Part shown: positions 47,467 to 59,158 of the stretch, one piece after another
How the letters are laid out: each line of letters starts with the position of its first letter
Numbering within the stretch: the first letter of the stretch is position 1
Translations under genes and position numbers: made by a program
The notes under the pieces: model-generated
The model's database searches: none
What the model saw: only the letters and a program-made list of their open reading frames with translations
What the model was told of the DNA's origin: nothing
NCBI RefSeq assembly: GCF_027921745.1
Contig: NC_079239.1
Coordinates: forward strand, 1,054,001-1,118,000
Length of the DNA: 64,000 nt
From: Schizosaccharomyces osmophilus
Taxonomy: Eukaryota
Direction of reading: 5' to 3'

Positions 47467-48024
47467 TAGAATCCAACATTGGGACAAGATTTGTCAAATT
47501 AGACAGGATTTCCTCTATAAATTATACAAGAAGTGACTCCAAACGAATTCTAAAAGTTTGAACTCATCAATTGAGAAGGGACTAATGACATTTCATGTAT
47601 ATCGTAACTTGGGCGAGTACATATATATGTACTGAGTTCCTTGGGGTTGTCACTTCACCTTTACCATATATCATAATTGTACAGTTGCATTATTTACCCA
47701 CACTTTTTGTTTCATACTGTATTTTCTATACTTTATATTAATTATTAGAAAGCATTGACTGTTTTTAAAATTCATTCTTATTCAAGGGTTCGCTTTCCTT
47801 AGATTTGGGAAGCAATTCCTTCTTCGCTTGGCATATTCGTATTTTAACACATCCACCTACTGCTGAAGCTAAGCTTTCAAAGGATATTTGGTGGCCTAAT
47901 TTATATCCTTACCGATTAGCCCTCACGAATTGCCTTTGTCGTTGATTTGCATCCTTAGCCCTGCTTACCCTTTCATTCATTTGTTGTCTCTATTCCGTTT
48001 TTTTATTTATTTAATCGTTTTAAT

Positions 48025-51000
48025 ATGTCGATACGCTCTTTTCAGAACCCGTCAGAAATCGATTCCAAAGACTATTCTTGGAATACACAGTTATATGAAG
48101 ACCGTTCGGCCACCCCTTCCACAGTATCATTATCCGAGCCGTATGATTTAAGCAACATACAATTACATTCAGAAAATGAATCTCGAGAAGATATTGTATC
48201 ACTCGGTCAGGCATCTGACAACTCTTTGCAGTACATGTGTTACCGAATTGTATATCATCACAAAATCAAGGTCTTCGATAAACTATATGCGGAAGCTACT
48301 GACATAAGGAAAAAGTATCCTATGGAAAATCGACTTGTTCCAAAACCTCCTGTTGTTAAGGAAATACAAGACCCATCAAAAAGACTAGGTATTTATGGCC
48401 CCGACACTCCCTTAACTAAAGATGTTACGATTTTGGATGAAGATACGTACGCTGTTATTCTTGAAAGAATTGATTTCTATATCGAAAAAATCGTCGAAGT
48501 GCCGACCAATTTGGAACATATGGCAGCCTTGAATTTACAACTACAAACGCAGCCTATTTGGTGGATTGATGAGTTCGCTGAACGAAATGGTGTCGAAAGC
48601 TTGCTAACTTCTTTACGAAATTTGGGCCATATCCCCAAACGCCATGCAAATACCGAAGTAGAGGTGCTGCTGATTCAATCCCTCTTTCATTCTTTAAATA
48701 GCGGCGTTGCAAGGAATCGTCTATATTTGTCTGCTAAATGTGCTGTCCCCGGCTTTAATGCTATTGGTGCTTTAGCTGAATCAATGTTTTCCAAGAGCCT
48801 TAATGCTCGCCGTATTTCAACTTTTATCTTGAAAATTATTTGCAGCCGAAAATTTGAACATGGCCAGTCATCTGTCGTCAAGGCCTTGGAATGGCTCGTT
48901 GAACAAGGTGCCTCGAAAACTCGATTTAGCAGATGGATGTCAGCTTTACACGACGTCGTATCTAATATCCAGAGTCATGCCGATAACCTTATATTACCGA
49001 ATAACGAACTTGCCAATCTACAGGGCACGGACTGCTTGATCGATTATTTGGTGGTTACCTTTAACTTGATACGTGGTATCTGTTCATGTACTGCTGATCT
49101 TCGTTCGAGATGTAATATACGTCGCGAATTTTTGAGTGCTGGTCTCGGTAAGACATTAGAAATTATGCAACGCTGGAAAAACATTTCTCTCCGCACCGTT
49201 GTTGTCAACCTCTTAAATGAGCACAATGGTGATGCACAATCTTATAAAAAGTTTATGATCGCGAATTCCGCAAACGAAGAGAGATCAGAGATAGCTTCTT
49301 TAAAGTCTGCCAACGTTACTACTGACCGTCAAGTGAATGAAGAAAATCCTCAGCAATCGCAAATGCTGAACGCATTTCAAAAAATTTGTTCTCGTTTAAT
49401 AGATCATGATTCTCAAAGTAGTTTCTACAATTTACTTCAGTCCTTGGGCAACGAAAAAGATCTAGAAAAAATTGAAAAGTCCATGCATCTTTTGGTGTTT
49501 ACATTAAATGCAATTGATGATTATAAATCTGCCCGGGTGGACTCAAATGTCGGTTTCAATATTGTGTCGCAAAGATTGCTTGATCGTATGGGCACAGCTG
49601 ACGAATTATCTGATTACAAGACGAGACAAAGTGAATTAGTCTTGGAGAATAAACGTTTGCATGACCAGGTAGATGCATTGTTGTCGCAGCTTAATGTTGG
49701 CCCTCGTGATCCTATGCAATTTCTGAAAACCCAGCTGAATGAACTACGCAGGGAAATAGATCAAAGAGAGAGGCTCTTGATTTCAATGCAACGGGAATTT
49801 GATGGCCGTTATAAAGCTCAGTTGTTTGCTTATAGTAAATTACAGTCTCAACTAGAGGCTGCCCAAAGTGCGGGAAATTCAAACTTACAAAATGCTTATT
49901 CTTCTGGAAAACCGTTGCTTAAAAAGTCCATTTCACAAGACTCGTTAGACGCAATGTCAAAAGATTTTGCATACAGTGTAGTTTCAAATTTGGAAGATTC
50001 TGAGCATTATATTACTCCTGAAAAGGACGAAGAAGAATCGGAAGTGGAATCGGAGGTCTCTTCTTTAGAAGAATCAAACGAGGCAACTGCACAATTTATA
50101 AATACACCAACAACTACACACGCTGTTGTAGCACCTCCAACGCAGCTTGGTCCTCCCCCTCCTCCCCCTCCTCCGGTTCCTATAATGGGAGTTTCGAAGG
50201 TAGCTGTACCATCGGCTGTAAGCTTACCACCTCCACCACCACCTCCTCCTTTTGTAATTGGTGGCTTAAATGGCCCTCCTCCACCACCTCCGCCTCCCCC
50301 AGGTGTTACACCCGGTGGCAGATTTGTGGCTTCAGCTCCGGTGCAGCCTTCTTTGGCCGCTACCGAGCAGGCTACTGAAAAAACTGAAGAAGAATTAAAA
50401 GAAGAAGAAGAAAAGGCTAGACAACAAAGAGAGGAAGCAGAAAGAAGAGCAAGAGAAGCTGTAGAGAAGTATACGAAAATTCCAAGCTTCAGGGATTATT
50501 ACGAACCTAAACATCAGCTCAAACGCGTCCATTGGGAACGTGTTGAACCTCCCTCTGGTCACAATATTTTCGTTAAGTTTCCCATAGATATTGAAACGAT
50601 TGGAAGAACACTCTTAAATAGCGGGTGGTTACAGATTTTAGATGAGAAGTTTGACAACACTAGAAGAATTGAAACAAAGACTGTCACTAAAGAAACCTCG
50701 CCAAACGCACTCTTATCTCCAAATGTAAAGCAACATTTGGAAATTGTGTTACGTTCCGTCTCGGAGTTCACACCTGAAGAATTAGTACGAATGTTTTTAA
50801 CCGATCCTAACTTTCTATCTCCTGCTATTCAGTTTTTCCACAAGTCTGGATTTGCTACTCAAGAGGGACTTCTGGCTCCATTTGCATCCTATTGGACGGA
50901 CTACAGCAAGCCTGAGGACAAGCGTACACCTCCCAAAGATAATGTCCATCAGCTGGGCTATTATGAGAGATTTTTTGTTTTGTTTATCGTAAACTTGAGA

Positions 51001-52287
51001 CATTATTTTCAACAGCGTATGTATGGTTTACGATTGCGTGAAACTTTCTTACCAGAAATTGAGAATATCGAAGTTCATGTTAAAAAGGTGGTTGATGTTT
51101 GCAGGTCAATATTGGAAGATAAATATTTTTCTGGGTTTTTCCAAGTCTTGCTTAATCTCGGAAACTATATAAATGATCCTCTTGATAAAGCTCGTGCATT
51201 TTCTTTGCCAATGGTTTATAGATTGGAAACATTGCGAGATTGTACATTTTCTAACACTCTTTTGCATTATTTCGAAGATATCATTCGTACCCAATTCCCT
51301 GAATATGAAAAGTCTGAAACAACGTTTAAAAAAATACAGTCAATTTGCTCTTATGGTATCGATGGGCTTGTTTCTGAAATGGATTCTGTTTACGAACAGT
51401 ATTTGCATTTTAAAAATGAAATTGAAAAGGGTGCATTATCGAAGCGTGAAGAACATCATCCAGAGGATAAAGTGATAGATGCCATTTACGAATGGTACGA
51501 AAAGGCCTCAGAAAAAATTAAGAGTTTTATGGCCTTAAAACGTGATTTCTTGAAGCTAACGGAGGATACTGTTAAGTATCTATGTGAATTTAAAAACGTG
51601 GAAGTCGTTCGAAACACCTTTTTGAAAAATTTGACATCGTTCTATATAATTTACTGTAACGTTAGAAATGACAATGCAAGAAAACGGGAGCGTGAAGCTC
51701 AAGCTAGACGAACTGAAGATTCTAAAAAGCTGATCATGGAACGTAAGAAAACGTCAATAGTTGCCCAGTATAGGAAGGAAATTCCGGAAGAGCCGAGTGG
51801 ATCTGCTTCGAATCAAGATCTTATAACAGATATCGGATCGTCGAGGGCTGTCGACAGTTCAGAAACGTTAGCTGATGAGACTTCGGGTGATGGTAATCAG
51901 GAACTTCATGATACGCTTCTGAGTGAGTTAGGCAAACAAATTTCCGAAGGTGCAGATAAAGCAAATAATGGAAATCCTGTTAATGAGCTTGGTTTAGCAA
52001 CAAAGGATGAAGATGTCATCGAATTAACTTCTGAAACAGATGATATTGCTACAAGGGCAAAATCAATGCTACTTAAAATAAAAAATACAGAGAAACGTGG
52101 CAATAATGTGCAAATCGATCCAATGAACATGGATGAAGATTCTTTGCGAGCACAATTGAAAGCAGCCAATCATCCTCAAAAAGTTTCCTTACCTCAGGGT
52201 AAGAAGAAAGACTCAGTGGAGGCATCTTTAGCAAAAAGTATATTAGCGAATTTAACGAATCCCTCCGCTAGGGAGTTTCACTCGTGA
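48025..52287 (+). CDS. for3: Formin For3
   Basis: 1420 aa with GBD/FH3 region, poly-Pro FH1 and FH2 (LKRVHWERV, LNLGNYIN, TLLHYF). Confidence 0.93.
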   Translation: MSIRSFQNPSEIDSKDYSWNTQLYEDRSATPSTVSLSEPYDLSNIQLHSENESREDIVSLGQASDNSLQYMCYRIVYHHKIKVFDKLYAEATDIRKKYPMENRLVPKPPVVKEIQDPSKRLGIYGPDTPLTKDVTILDEDTYAVILERIDFYIEKIVEVPTNLEHMAALNLQLQTQPIWWIDEFAERNGVESLLTSLRNLGHIPKRHANTEVEVLLIQSLFHSLNSGVARNRLYLSAKCAVPGFNAIGALAESMFSKSLNARRISTFILKIICSRKFEHGQSSVVKALEWLVEQGASKTRFSRWMSALHDVVSNIQSHADNLILPNNELANLQGTDCLIDYLVVTFNLIRGICSCTADLRSRCNIRREFLSAGLGKTLEIMQRWKNISLRTVVVNLLNEHNGDAQSYKKFMIANSANEERSEIASLKSANVTTDRQVNEENPQQSQMLNAFQKICSRLIDHDSQSSFYNLLQSLGNEKDLEKIEKSMHLLVFTLNAIDDYKSARVDSNVGFNIVSQRLLDRMGTADELSDYKTRQSELVLENKRLHDQVDALLSQLNVGPRDPMQFLKTQLNELRREIDQRERLLISMQREFDGRYKAQLFAYSKLQSQLEAAQSAGNSNLQNAYSSGKPLLKKSISQDSLDAMSKDFAYSVVSNLEDSEHYITPEKDEEESEVESEVSSLEESNEATAQFINTPTTTHAVVAPPTQLGPPPPPPPPVPIMGVSKVAVPSAVSLPPPPPPPPFVIGGLNGPPPPPPPPPGVTPGGRFVASAPVQPSLAATEQATEKTEEELKEEEEKARQQREEAERRAREAVEKYTKIPSFRDYYEPKHQLKRVHWERVEPPSGHNIFVKFPIDIETIGRTLLNSGWLQILDEKFDNTRRIETKTVTKETSPNALLSPNVKQHLEIVLRSVSEFTPEELVRMFLTDPNFLSPAIQFFHKSGFATQEGLLAPFASYWTDYSKPEDKRTPPKDNVHQLGYYERFFVLFIVNLRHYFQQRMYGLRLRETFLPEIENIEVHVKKVVDVCRSILEDKYFSGFFQVLLNLGNYINDPLDKARAFSLPMVYRLETLRDCTFSNTLLHYFEDIIRTQFPEYEKSETTFKKIQSICSYGIDGLVSEMDSVYEQYLHFKNEIEKGALSKREEHHPEDKVIDAIYEWYEKASEKIKSFMALKRDFLKLTEDTVKYLCEFKNVEVVRNTFLKNLTSFYIIYCNVRNDNARKREREAQARRTEDSKKLIMERKKTSIVAQYRKEIPEEPSGSASNQDLITDIGSSRAVDSSETLADETSGDGNQELHDTLLSELGKQISEGADKANNGNPVNELGLATKDEDVIELTSETDDIATRAKSMLLKIKNTEKRGNNVQIDPMNMDEDSLRAQLKAANHPQKVSLPQGKKKDSVEASLAKSILANLTNPSAREFHS

Positions 52288-53093
52288 TGATCTATCCAAC
52301 TTTTTCTTAAAAAAAAAAAAAAAAAAAAAAAGAGGAAAAGTGTTTATTCGACTACCGAAGGTAACAATAGCTGGATTGAGGAGTTGCATGAATATTCTTG
52401 TGCATACAATTGTGCGCATTTTCGCATGCTTTATTCTGTGCAACTACTAGAATGATTTTGGTTTGAAGCAATTGTCATAATTTGCTTTATTTTTGAATAA
52501 GAGGATGGCTAATAGGAAAAAATAATAAAAGGGCTTTAAAAGAATATCCCGAAGCAAGAAACGGATGTTGGCTCAATTGCATCACGTTTAGTGTGTATAT
52601 ATGAGCGGTTTTCTCTTCATTCGTTTAAAAGATCGTGTACCCACGCAAATAATTGAAAACAAAATTAGATGCACGCAAAACATCGTTTAATGTCTTTTAA
52701 TTACGACGATACTAATGATGGGACAAAAAATATTTATTTGGCTTAAGCCGTTGACATGTTTTTGAAATGCTGGACATTGAATACTGTGAATGTTTAATGC
52801 TTTTTTTGCAGTCATAATTGATAATATTGTGAGATACATTAGTTTGAATGGATTATAGTTGATAACATATAGTCGCTTAGTATAACAGAAGAACTTTCAC
52901 TTTATAGTAAATAGTAATGAATTTTAAATAGGACGGTTTCAGTAAAAGCAGTTCTCCTGCTAGTAAATCCCAACTTCATCCTTGTCAATGAATTGTATTT
53001 ATGTTACCTAATTTACAAGTAACGAAAAGTTGGTTGAAGTGAAGAATTTGTACTTCACCAAGTTTGCAGCATTTCTAATAAATATTCACTGCA

Positions 53094-55481
53094 ATGTTTC
53101 GATATGAAACACTTCATGCTGGATGTAACCGGATCTCAGAAGCGGCTTCGTGGATGAAAAATTTCGGATTGGTTTATGGTGCTGAAAAACTCATAGCAAT
53201 TGCTGATCCTGTAAGTTTTCTACATGGAAGAAATCAAAATAAAAAGAAAAAATAGAAAACTAACATAGGAAATAACAGTTTAAAGAAATCCGATACTTAT
53301 TGGCTGGTCATACTGATAGAATAAGTTGTATTGAAGAGCTGACTACTGAAAAAACATTGATTATTTCGGGATCATCGGACAAGACGGTTCGCGTATGGGA
53401 AAAGAATGATGAAAATGATGCCTTTGATAATATTCAAACGATAAATTTGGATGCTACGCCGGAAAGCCTCACCGTTAATGGCGATTTAATTATAGCTGGT
53501 TGTTCAAACAGCAAGTGCGTGGTTTTTGAATGGAAAGGAGCAGGGGAGATGTTGAAAGAAGTATCCCGATTCGAAACTGGAGAATTGATTCCAATGGACT
53601 TGAAATTGATAAAATTTAAGGATGGAATTGTTTTAGTTGTTGGTGGCTCTAACAAACGAATAAACGTTTATGGCAGTGACAACGTATATATTTACTTTGA
53701 ATTAAAGGCTGTTTTAACAGGTCATCTTGACTGGGTGCGATGTCTGTCTGTTCGACAAACTTCTGAATCAATGGCTACGTTGATCTCGGGCAGTCAAGAT
53801 CGTTATATGCGACTTTGGAAAATTTCGCTTTGGGAGGAAAAAGATGAAGCCACTTCTGATGAGTAAGTTAAAATCCTCCAAAGTAAATTATACTAACTTT
53901 GTTAGATTTTCTGAAACTCTGTTATCCAACAAGCCCATTCGGTTCAAGCTTAATGGAGTGGAGTATAAGATCGTTTTTGATGCTCTCTTAATGGGTCATG
54001 AAGATTGGATCATGAATGTACAATGGCATCCTAGCAAGGAAATTATTTTATCTTCATCTGCTGATTCTTCGTTAATTGTATGGGAGCCGGATACAGCTAC
54101 CGGCATTTGGGTACCAAACGGGCGCATGGGTGAAATCGCATCTTCTCACGGTTCAACGACAGCAACAGGCAGTGCAGGTGGGTTTTGGGGAGGTTTTTGG
54201 AGTCCTGATGGTGATGCGGTCGCCTGTTGGGGAAGAACAGGAGGCTGGAGATTATGGAAAAAATCTGGAGAAGATTGGGAACAGCTTCCTTCTGTATCTG
54301 GACACACCAAACCAGTAAAAGGTATAGCTTGGGATCCTCAGGGTCAATTCTTCTTTACAGCGAGTTTGGACCAAACTACTCGTCTGTATGCTCGTTATGA
54401 AAAGGATAACACATGGCGAGAGATGGCTCGACCACAAATCCATGGTTATGATTTAGCCTCCGTTCAATGCTTGCCCTCACGGATTGGTTTTATTAGTTGT
54501 GCTGACGAAAAAGTTACGCGTGTATTTGAATTCCCGAAAACGATTGCTAGATTGCTAAAGCGTCTTTGTGGTGCTCAATTATTTGAAGAGAAGCTTCCAG
54601 AAGCCGCGAATGTTCCTCTCTTGGGCCTTTCTAATAAAGCAACAACTGCTACTGAGACAGGCACAATAAATGCTGACGAAGTTCAAACTCCATTGATTGA
54701 AGTTATTGACTCTTTGCAACATCCCCCCTTTGAAGAACATTTGCAACGTTTACTGTTGTTCCCAGAAGTTGAGAAGGTTTATGGCCATGGTTACGAAGTT
54801 TATGCGTGCGATGTTTCACATAAAGGTGATTACATGGCAACTTCTTGCAAATCCCAATCTCCTGAACATGCCATGATTCGTTTATATGATACTAATGTTT
54901 GGAAACAGCAGCAGATGCTTTCTGGTCATTCATTAACTGTAACAACTATAAAGTTTTCATACGATGATAAATATTTGTTGACAGCAGGACGTGATCGACT
55001 GGTTTGCATTCATGAATATTCTGAGGCAGAATCGAAGTTTTTGCCTTATGTAGTTATTAAAGCACATTCTCGTATAATATGGGATGCTGCTTGGGCGCCA
55101 AAGGAGATGGGTTACGTGTTTGCTACAGCTTCAAGAGATAAAATGGTCAAATTTTGGCAAGTTTTGGATGACAAAAAAGTCAAAGATGTGGTATGTTTAC
55201 AATTTGCAGATGCTGTAACTGCATTGGATATTGCCCCATTCTTTCATGATGATCATCTTTTATTGGCAGTAGGTACAGAGTCAGGAAAAACATACGTTTG
55301 GAAGTGTCCTAAAGATGATCTAACGAAATGGACTCCTTTAAGACTGCCGGATGCGATGTCTCCTAAGGAACCAGTGAACAAAATTGCTTGGAGACCAGTA
55401 TATGACAAAGAAGGAGAGTACTCTTTGCTATTAGCTGGCGAAGACACATCGATTAGGATGCTTCTGGTCCAGCTCAACTAA
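53094..55481 (+). CDS. elp2: Elongator subunit Elp2 (WD40); introns 53211-53278, 53863-53905
   Basis: AGCNR, GHEDWI, EMARPQIHGYDL, LGLSNKA, PEVEKVYGHGYE and HSRIIW. Confidence 0.95.
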
Positions 55482-56382
55482 ATTATATGTATAAAATCAT
55501 GGGTTATTACTTTTGGACAGCGTCAAATAATATTTGCTAATATAAATTTCCAAATAGCAAGCCCTGCGTAACTACAATAAAAAACGTGTTTTTTTGAACA
55601 ATGTTAATTATTACTGAGAAATTCATGGAAAAAGACTATTTCGGTTAAGTTGGTTTCTTTCTTAACGGGCATGCCAATTGACTGAACAATCCGTTGGAGT
55701 TAAATAATCATGTTTAGTAGTTGAACCATTTTATAGTTCAGAAGTGCATCGACAAGAAGTAGACTACTTGTCATTGTCGTTTTCACTCATATGGCGAATG
55801 AGGTAAATAATTTCCGTGGTTAAGATAAATGCTGTTAATAATCTTTTACTTCGTTTCCACAATTAAAGGTATGGGTAAATTAATTTATTATATACTTTTT
55901 TACAAGTTAGCTTATAAGGCAGGCTTTCGAGCTTATTTTGGTTCCATTTTGTAATTCGTACTATGCACCAAGTGTGAAATTGCTTCTCCTAACTACTCCA
56001 AAGCAAGTCTCATTAAAAGAACAAAAGAGAACCGCAAGAATAAGAACTTGAATATTATTCATAATATAAACGTTCGTTCAAAGAAAAAATTGCTTGAATG
56101 AACTTCTAGAAGCAATTATATTAAACTGAATTCTGTTGTTTTAGTCAGTGCTATTATACAACCCTAACTTATCTATGAAAGTATACTTGAATCAAAATAT
56201 TAGTTAGAGTATCCACGAAAATTGCTTTTCAATCTTTATTTATTGTTTGCCTTACGCCAAATTCATTTGAAGTGAACCGTACTCACGTTACTTAACATAG
56301 ATTATTCTCCTTCTTTACTTTACTTTACTTTGGTTTTTATTTTTATTATTTAGACTTACCTTCATTCCCTTCTATATTCATA

Positions 56383-58821
56383 ATGAGTCAGGACCAGGAA
56401 GAAGATTACACAAAGTTATCTTTGGAAGCGCGAATTACACATAAAGTCTGGAAGGCTCGGTTGGGTGCTTATGAAGAATTGAGTAAAAACTTTTCTCTTT
56501 CTGGCTCTCCAACAGATCCTTGCTTCGATCTTTGGGCCCGTCAACCTGATTTATGGAGATCTGTCCTTGCAGACAGCAATGTCGCAGCTCAAGGAGCAGG
56601 CGTTACTGCTTTCGTATCGTTCTGTAAATTTTCGGACCCATCTTACATCGTTAAATGTAGAGAACTTGCTGCTGCTGCTATATCAGAAAAATGCCTTACT
56701 TCTCGAGCTTCTACAAAATCCGATGCTGTTGAAGCCTTGATGTTGATGGTTGAAGTCGATACAGCAAATCCTGTAATTGATGCCCTTCTTTCTTCCTTAT
56801 CTGCACGATCTCCTAAAGTTATAACTGCTAACGTGTCGGCTATTGCTGACTTGGTCGAGCAATTTGGTACGAAAATAATTCAACCGAAACCAATCGTCGC
56901 ACAGTTAAAATCGATGTTTGGACACGCTGATAAAAATGTACGTCAAGAAACGTTTCGATTAACCGTCAATTTGTTTCGCTGGATTGGGGAGCCTTTAAAA
57001 TTATCAATTTTTGGAGAATTGAAACCAGTTCAGGTGAAAGAGCTTGAAAGCTCGTTTTCGAAATTACCTACTGATCCACCCAAACAACAGCGCTTGTTGA
57101 GGAGTCAAGTTTCTGAGCAAACGGAAACTGCTGAAGATAACGAAAAAGGCAATGGCGGCGAAATCAATGAGGAACCAAACCTTCAAGAGGAAGAAGATGA
57201 ATTAGATTTAATAGAGGAGGTGGACGTTATTCCCAAAATTGATCCCAACTTGGAAACCGTAATGTCCTCGACAAAGTGGAAAGAGCGTAAGGAAGCTCTT
57301 GACGCACTCGTCCCAGTCCTTAGTCAACCAAGAATTAAGGAAGGAGATTTCTTCGGTTTGGTTGCATTATTATCTAAATCCATTGTGAAAGATGCCAACG
57401 TTATGGTCGTAATGAATGCAGCGAATTGTATAACGGTATTAGCTAAAGGACTACGTTCAAACTATTCTAAGTACGCCATTACTTCAGTTCAAGCACTTTT
57501 GGAACGATCAAAAGAAAAAAAGCAAAATGTTGTAGAAACATTGTCTTCAGCAATGGATGCTGCTTGTGACACGATACCCTTTAATGATGTTAGTGAACCC
57601 ATTTGCGCTTTCTCTAATAACAAAAATCCTCAGATTAAAATTGCTTGCTTTACTCTTTTAACCCGCTGTTTTCGTAAAGTGCCTCAATATCCTTCCAAGT
57701 CTAGCGTTGAATTATGCGCCAAATCTTGTGTTCCGGGAGTTTCAGACACATTCGAGCCAGTGCGTTCTTCAGCAGCCGAAGCCCTTGGAACTCTCATGAA
57801 ATTGGTAGGAGAGCGCCAGTTAGCAATACACATGGAATCTTTGGACGAAATACGAAAATCAAAAATTATGTCCTTTTTTGAGTCTGCTATAGTTAAGGCC
57901 AAGGCACCCTCAAAAACGAAGCCGGCACCCACAGCTCCAATTAAGAAGTCTGATACTAAGCCAGGTTCACCTCCGAAACTGGAAACAGCTAAAAACCCTC
58001 CCTTGTCTACATCCTCTGCTTCGACTGTATCAGCTTCCCCGAAAAAGAAGACGAATAATGAGAAACTTTCTTTAAACATGGAGAAATCAAACGCGTTCGA
58101 AAATGGCCCTTTAATGCCAAGGCCTACAACTAGACCGGTCGCGCGTGGCCTTTCTCGCAATTCACCACTTTTAAATAAGCCCGCTCTGAAATCGACATCA
58201 CCGCTACCTGCGGGAACCATAAATCAAACGGTACAAGGAATAAAAAACATGGAATTAGACGATGCAGCACATCAGCCTACAAAACATTCAAAGACATCCC
58301 CAAGTCACCTAGAACTGAAAGAAAACAATGGCGGCTCATTCGAAGAAATCGCTTCTTTAAATGAAGAGAATGAGGAGCTGAAAATACTATTATCTCTCGA
58401 AAGAGAAGAAAAAACTCGTTTACAAAGAGAGTTGGCCGAAGTTAAGAAGGAACTGAGTACGATTCGTGATTTGCAGCCTTCGTCTCCTTTGAATGATCGA
58501 AGATCTGCTTTTTTACGAAGAGCTAATTCCGAAATGTTAGATGCATCGACAGGACCAAGCAATCGCATTGACCTTTTGCAATCTCCGTTAGGAAGAGCAA
58601 GGCCATTAAGTTCTACAGGCTTTACCCAACACTCACCACTGGCACTTTCTAAATCAGGAAATAATTTTTCGTTTCAGAAAGATCCTCCAAAGCAGCCATT
58701 TTCACCTCGCTCAAATACGAATGCTGAGTGGAGTAAAGCAATTGATTTAACAACGAGGTTGAAACAAAAAATCACTGAAATGAAACAAACGGATATCAGA
58801 CATCAGGGAACGATTCATTAA
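56383..58821 (+). CDS. alp14: XMAP215/Dis1-family microtubule polymerase (two TOG domains plus coiled coil)
   Basis: HKVWKARL, DSNVAAQ, KWKERKEAL, KDANVMVV, SK-rich linker and C-terminal coiled coil. Confidence 0.9.
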   Translation: MSQDQEEDYTKLSLEARITHKVWKARLGAYEELSKNFSLSGSPTDPCFDLWARQPDLWRSVLADSNVAAQGAGVTAFVSFCKFSDPSYIVKCRELAAAAISEKCLTSRASTKSDAVEALMLMVEVDTANPVIDALLSSLSARSPKVITANVSAIADLVEQFGTKIIQPKPIVAQLKSMFGHADKNVRQETFRLTVNLFRWIGEPLKLSIFGELKPVQVKELESSFSKLPTDPPKQQRLLRSQVSEQTETAEDNEKGNGGEINEEPNLQEEEDELDLIEEVDVIPKIDPNLETVMSSTKWKERKEALDALVPVLSQPRIKEGDFFGLVALLSKSIVKDANVMVVMNAANCITVLAKGLRSNYSKYAITSVQALLERSKEKKQNVVETLSSAMDAACDTIPFNDVSEPICAFSNNKNPQIKIACFTLLTRCFRKVPQYPSKSSVELCAKSCVPGVSDTFEPVRSSAAEALGTLMKLVGERQLAIHMESLDEIRKSKIMSFFESAIVKAKAPSKTKPAPTAPIKKSDTKPGSPPKLETAKNPPLSTSSASTVSASPKKKTNNEKLSLNMEKSNAFENGPLMPRPTTRPVARGLSRNSPLLNKPALKSTSPLPAGTINQTVQGIKNMELDDAAHQPTKHSKTSPSHLELKENNGGSFEEIASLNEENEELKILLSLEREEKTRLQRELAEVKKELSTIRDLQPSSPLNDRRSAFLRRANSEMLDASTGPSNRIDLLQSPLGRARPLSSTGFTQHSPLALSKSGNNFSFQKDPPKQPFSPRSNTNAEWSKAIDLTTRLKQKITEMKQTDIRHQGTIH

Positions 58822-59158
58822 AAAGAAAGAATGACTTTACGTTTGATTTTGTGTAGAGGATTTACGTATAATAATGGTTAATTTGGTGAATCTTTAAACT
58901 TCATGATTTTCCTTACAATAGATTGTTCTCTCCTGGTAAATAAAATGTCAAAAGAATAGTTATTAACTACAATTTCATCGTAATAAGCAAACTTAAACAC
59001 GGGGACATAAATTTCATAAAAATAAGTTATGTAAACTATGATAGATTAAAGTTAAATGGCGTTAATGATTGAACGAAGAAGAACCTGGTTAGTTGTGTTG
59101 AAATTCAAAACCAACAAGAAGCATGAAAGAAAAAAGAAGAACAAACTATTAAATAAAA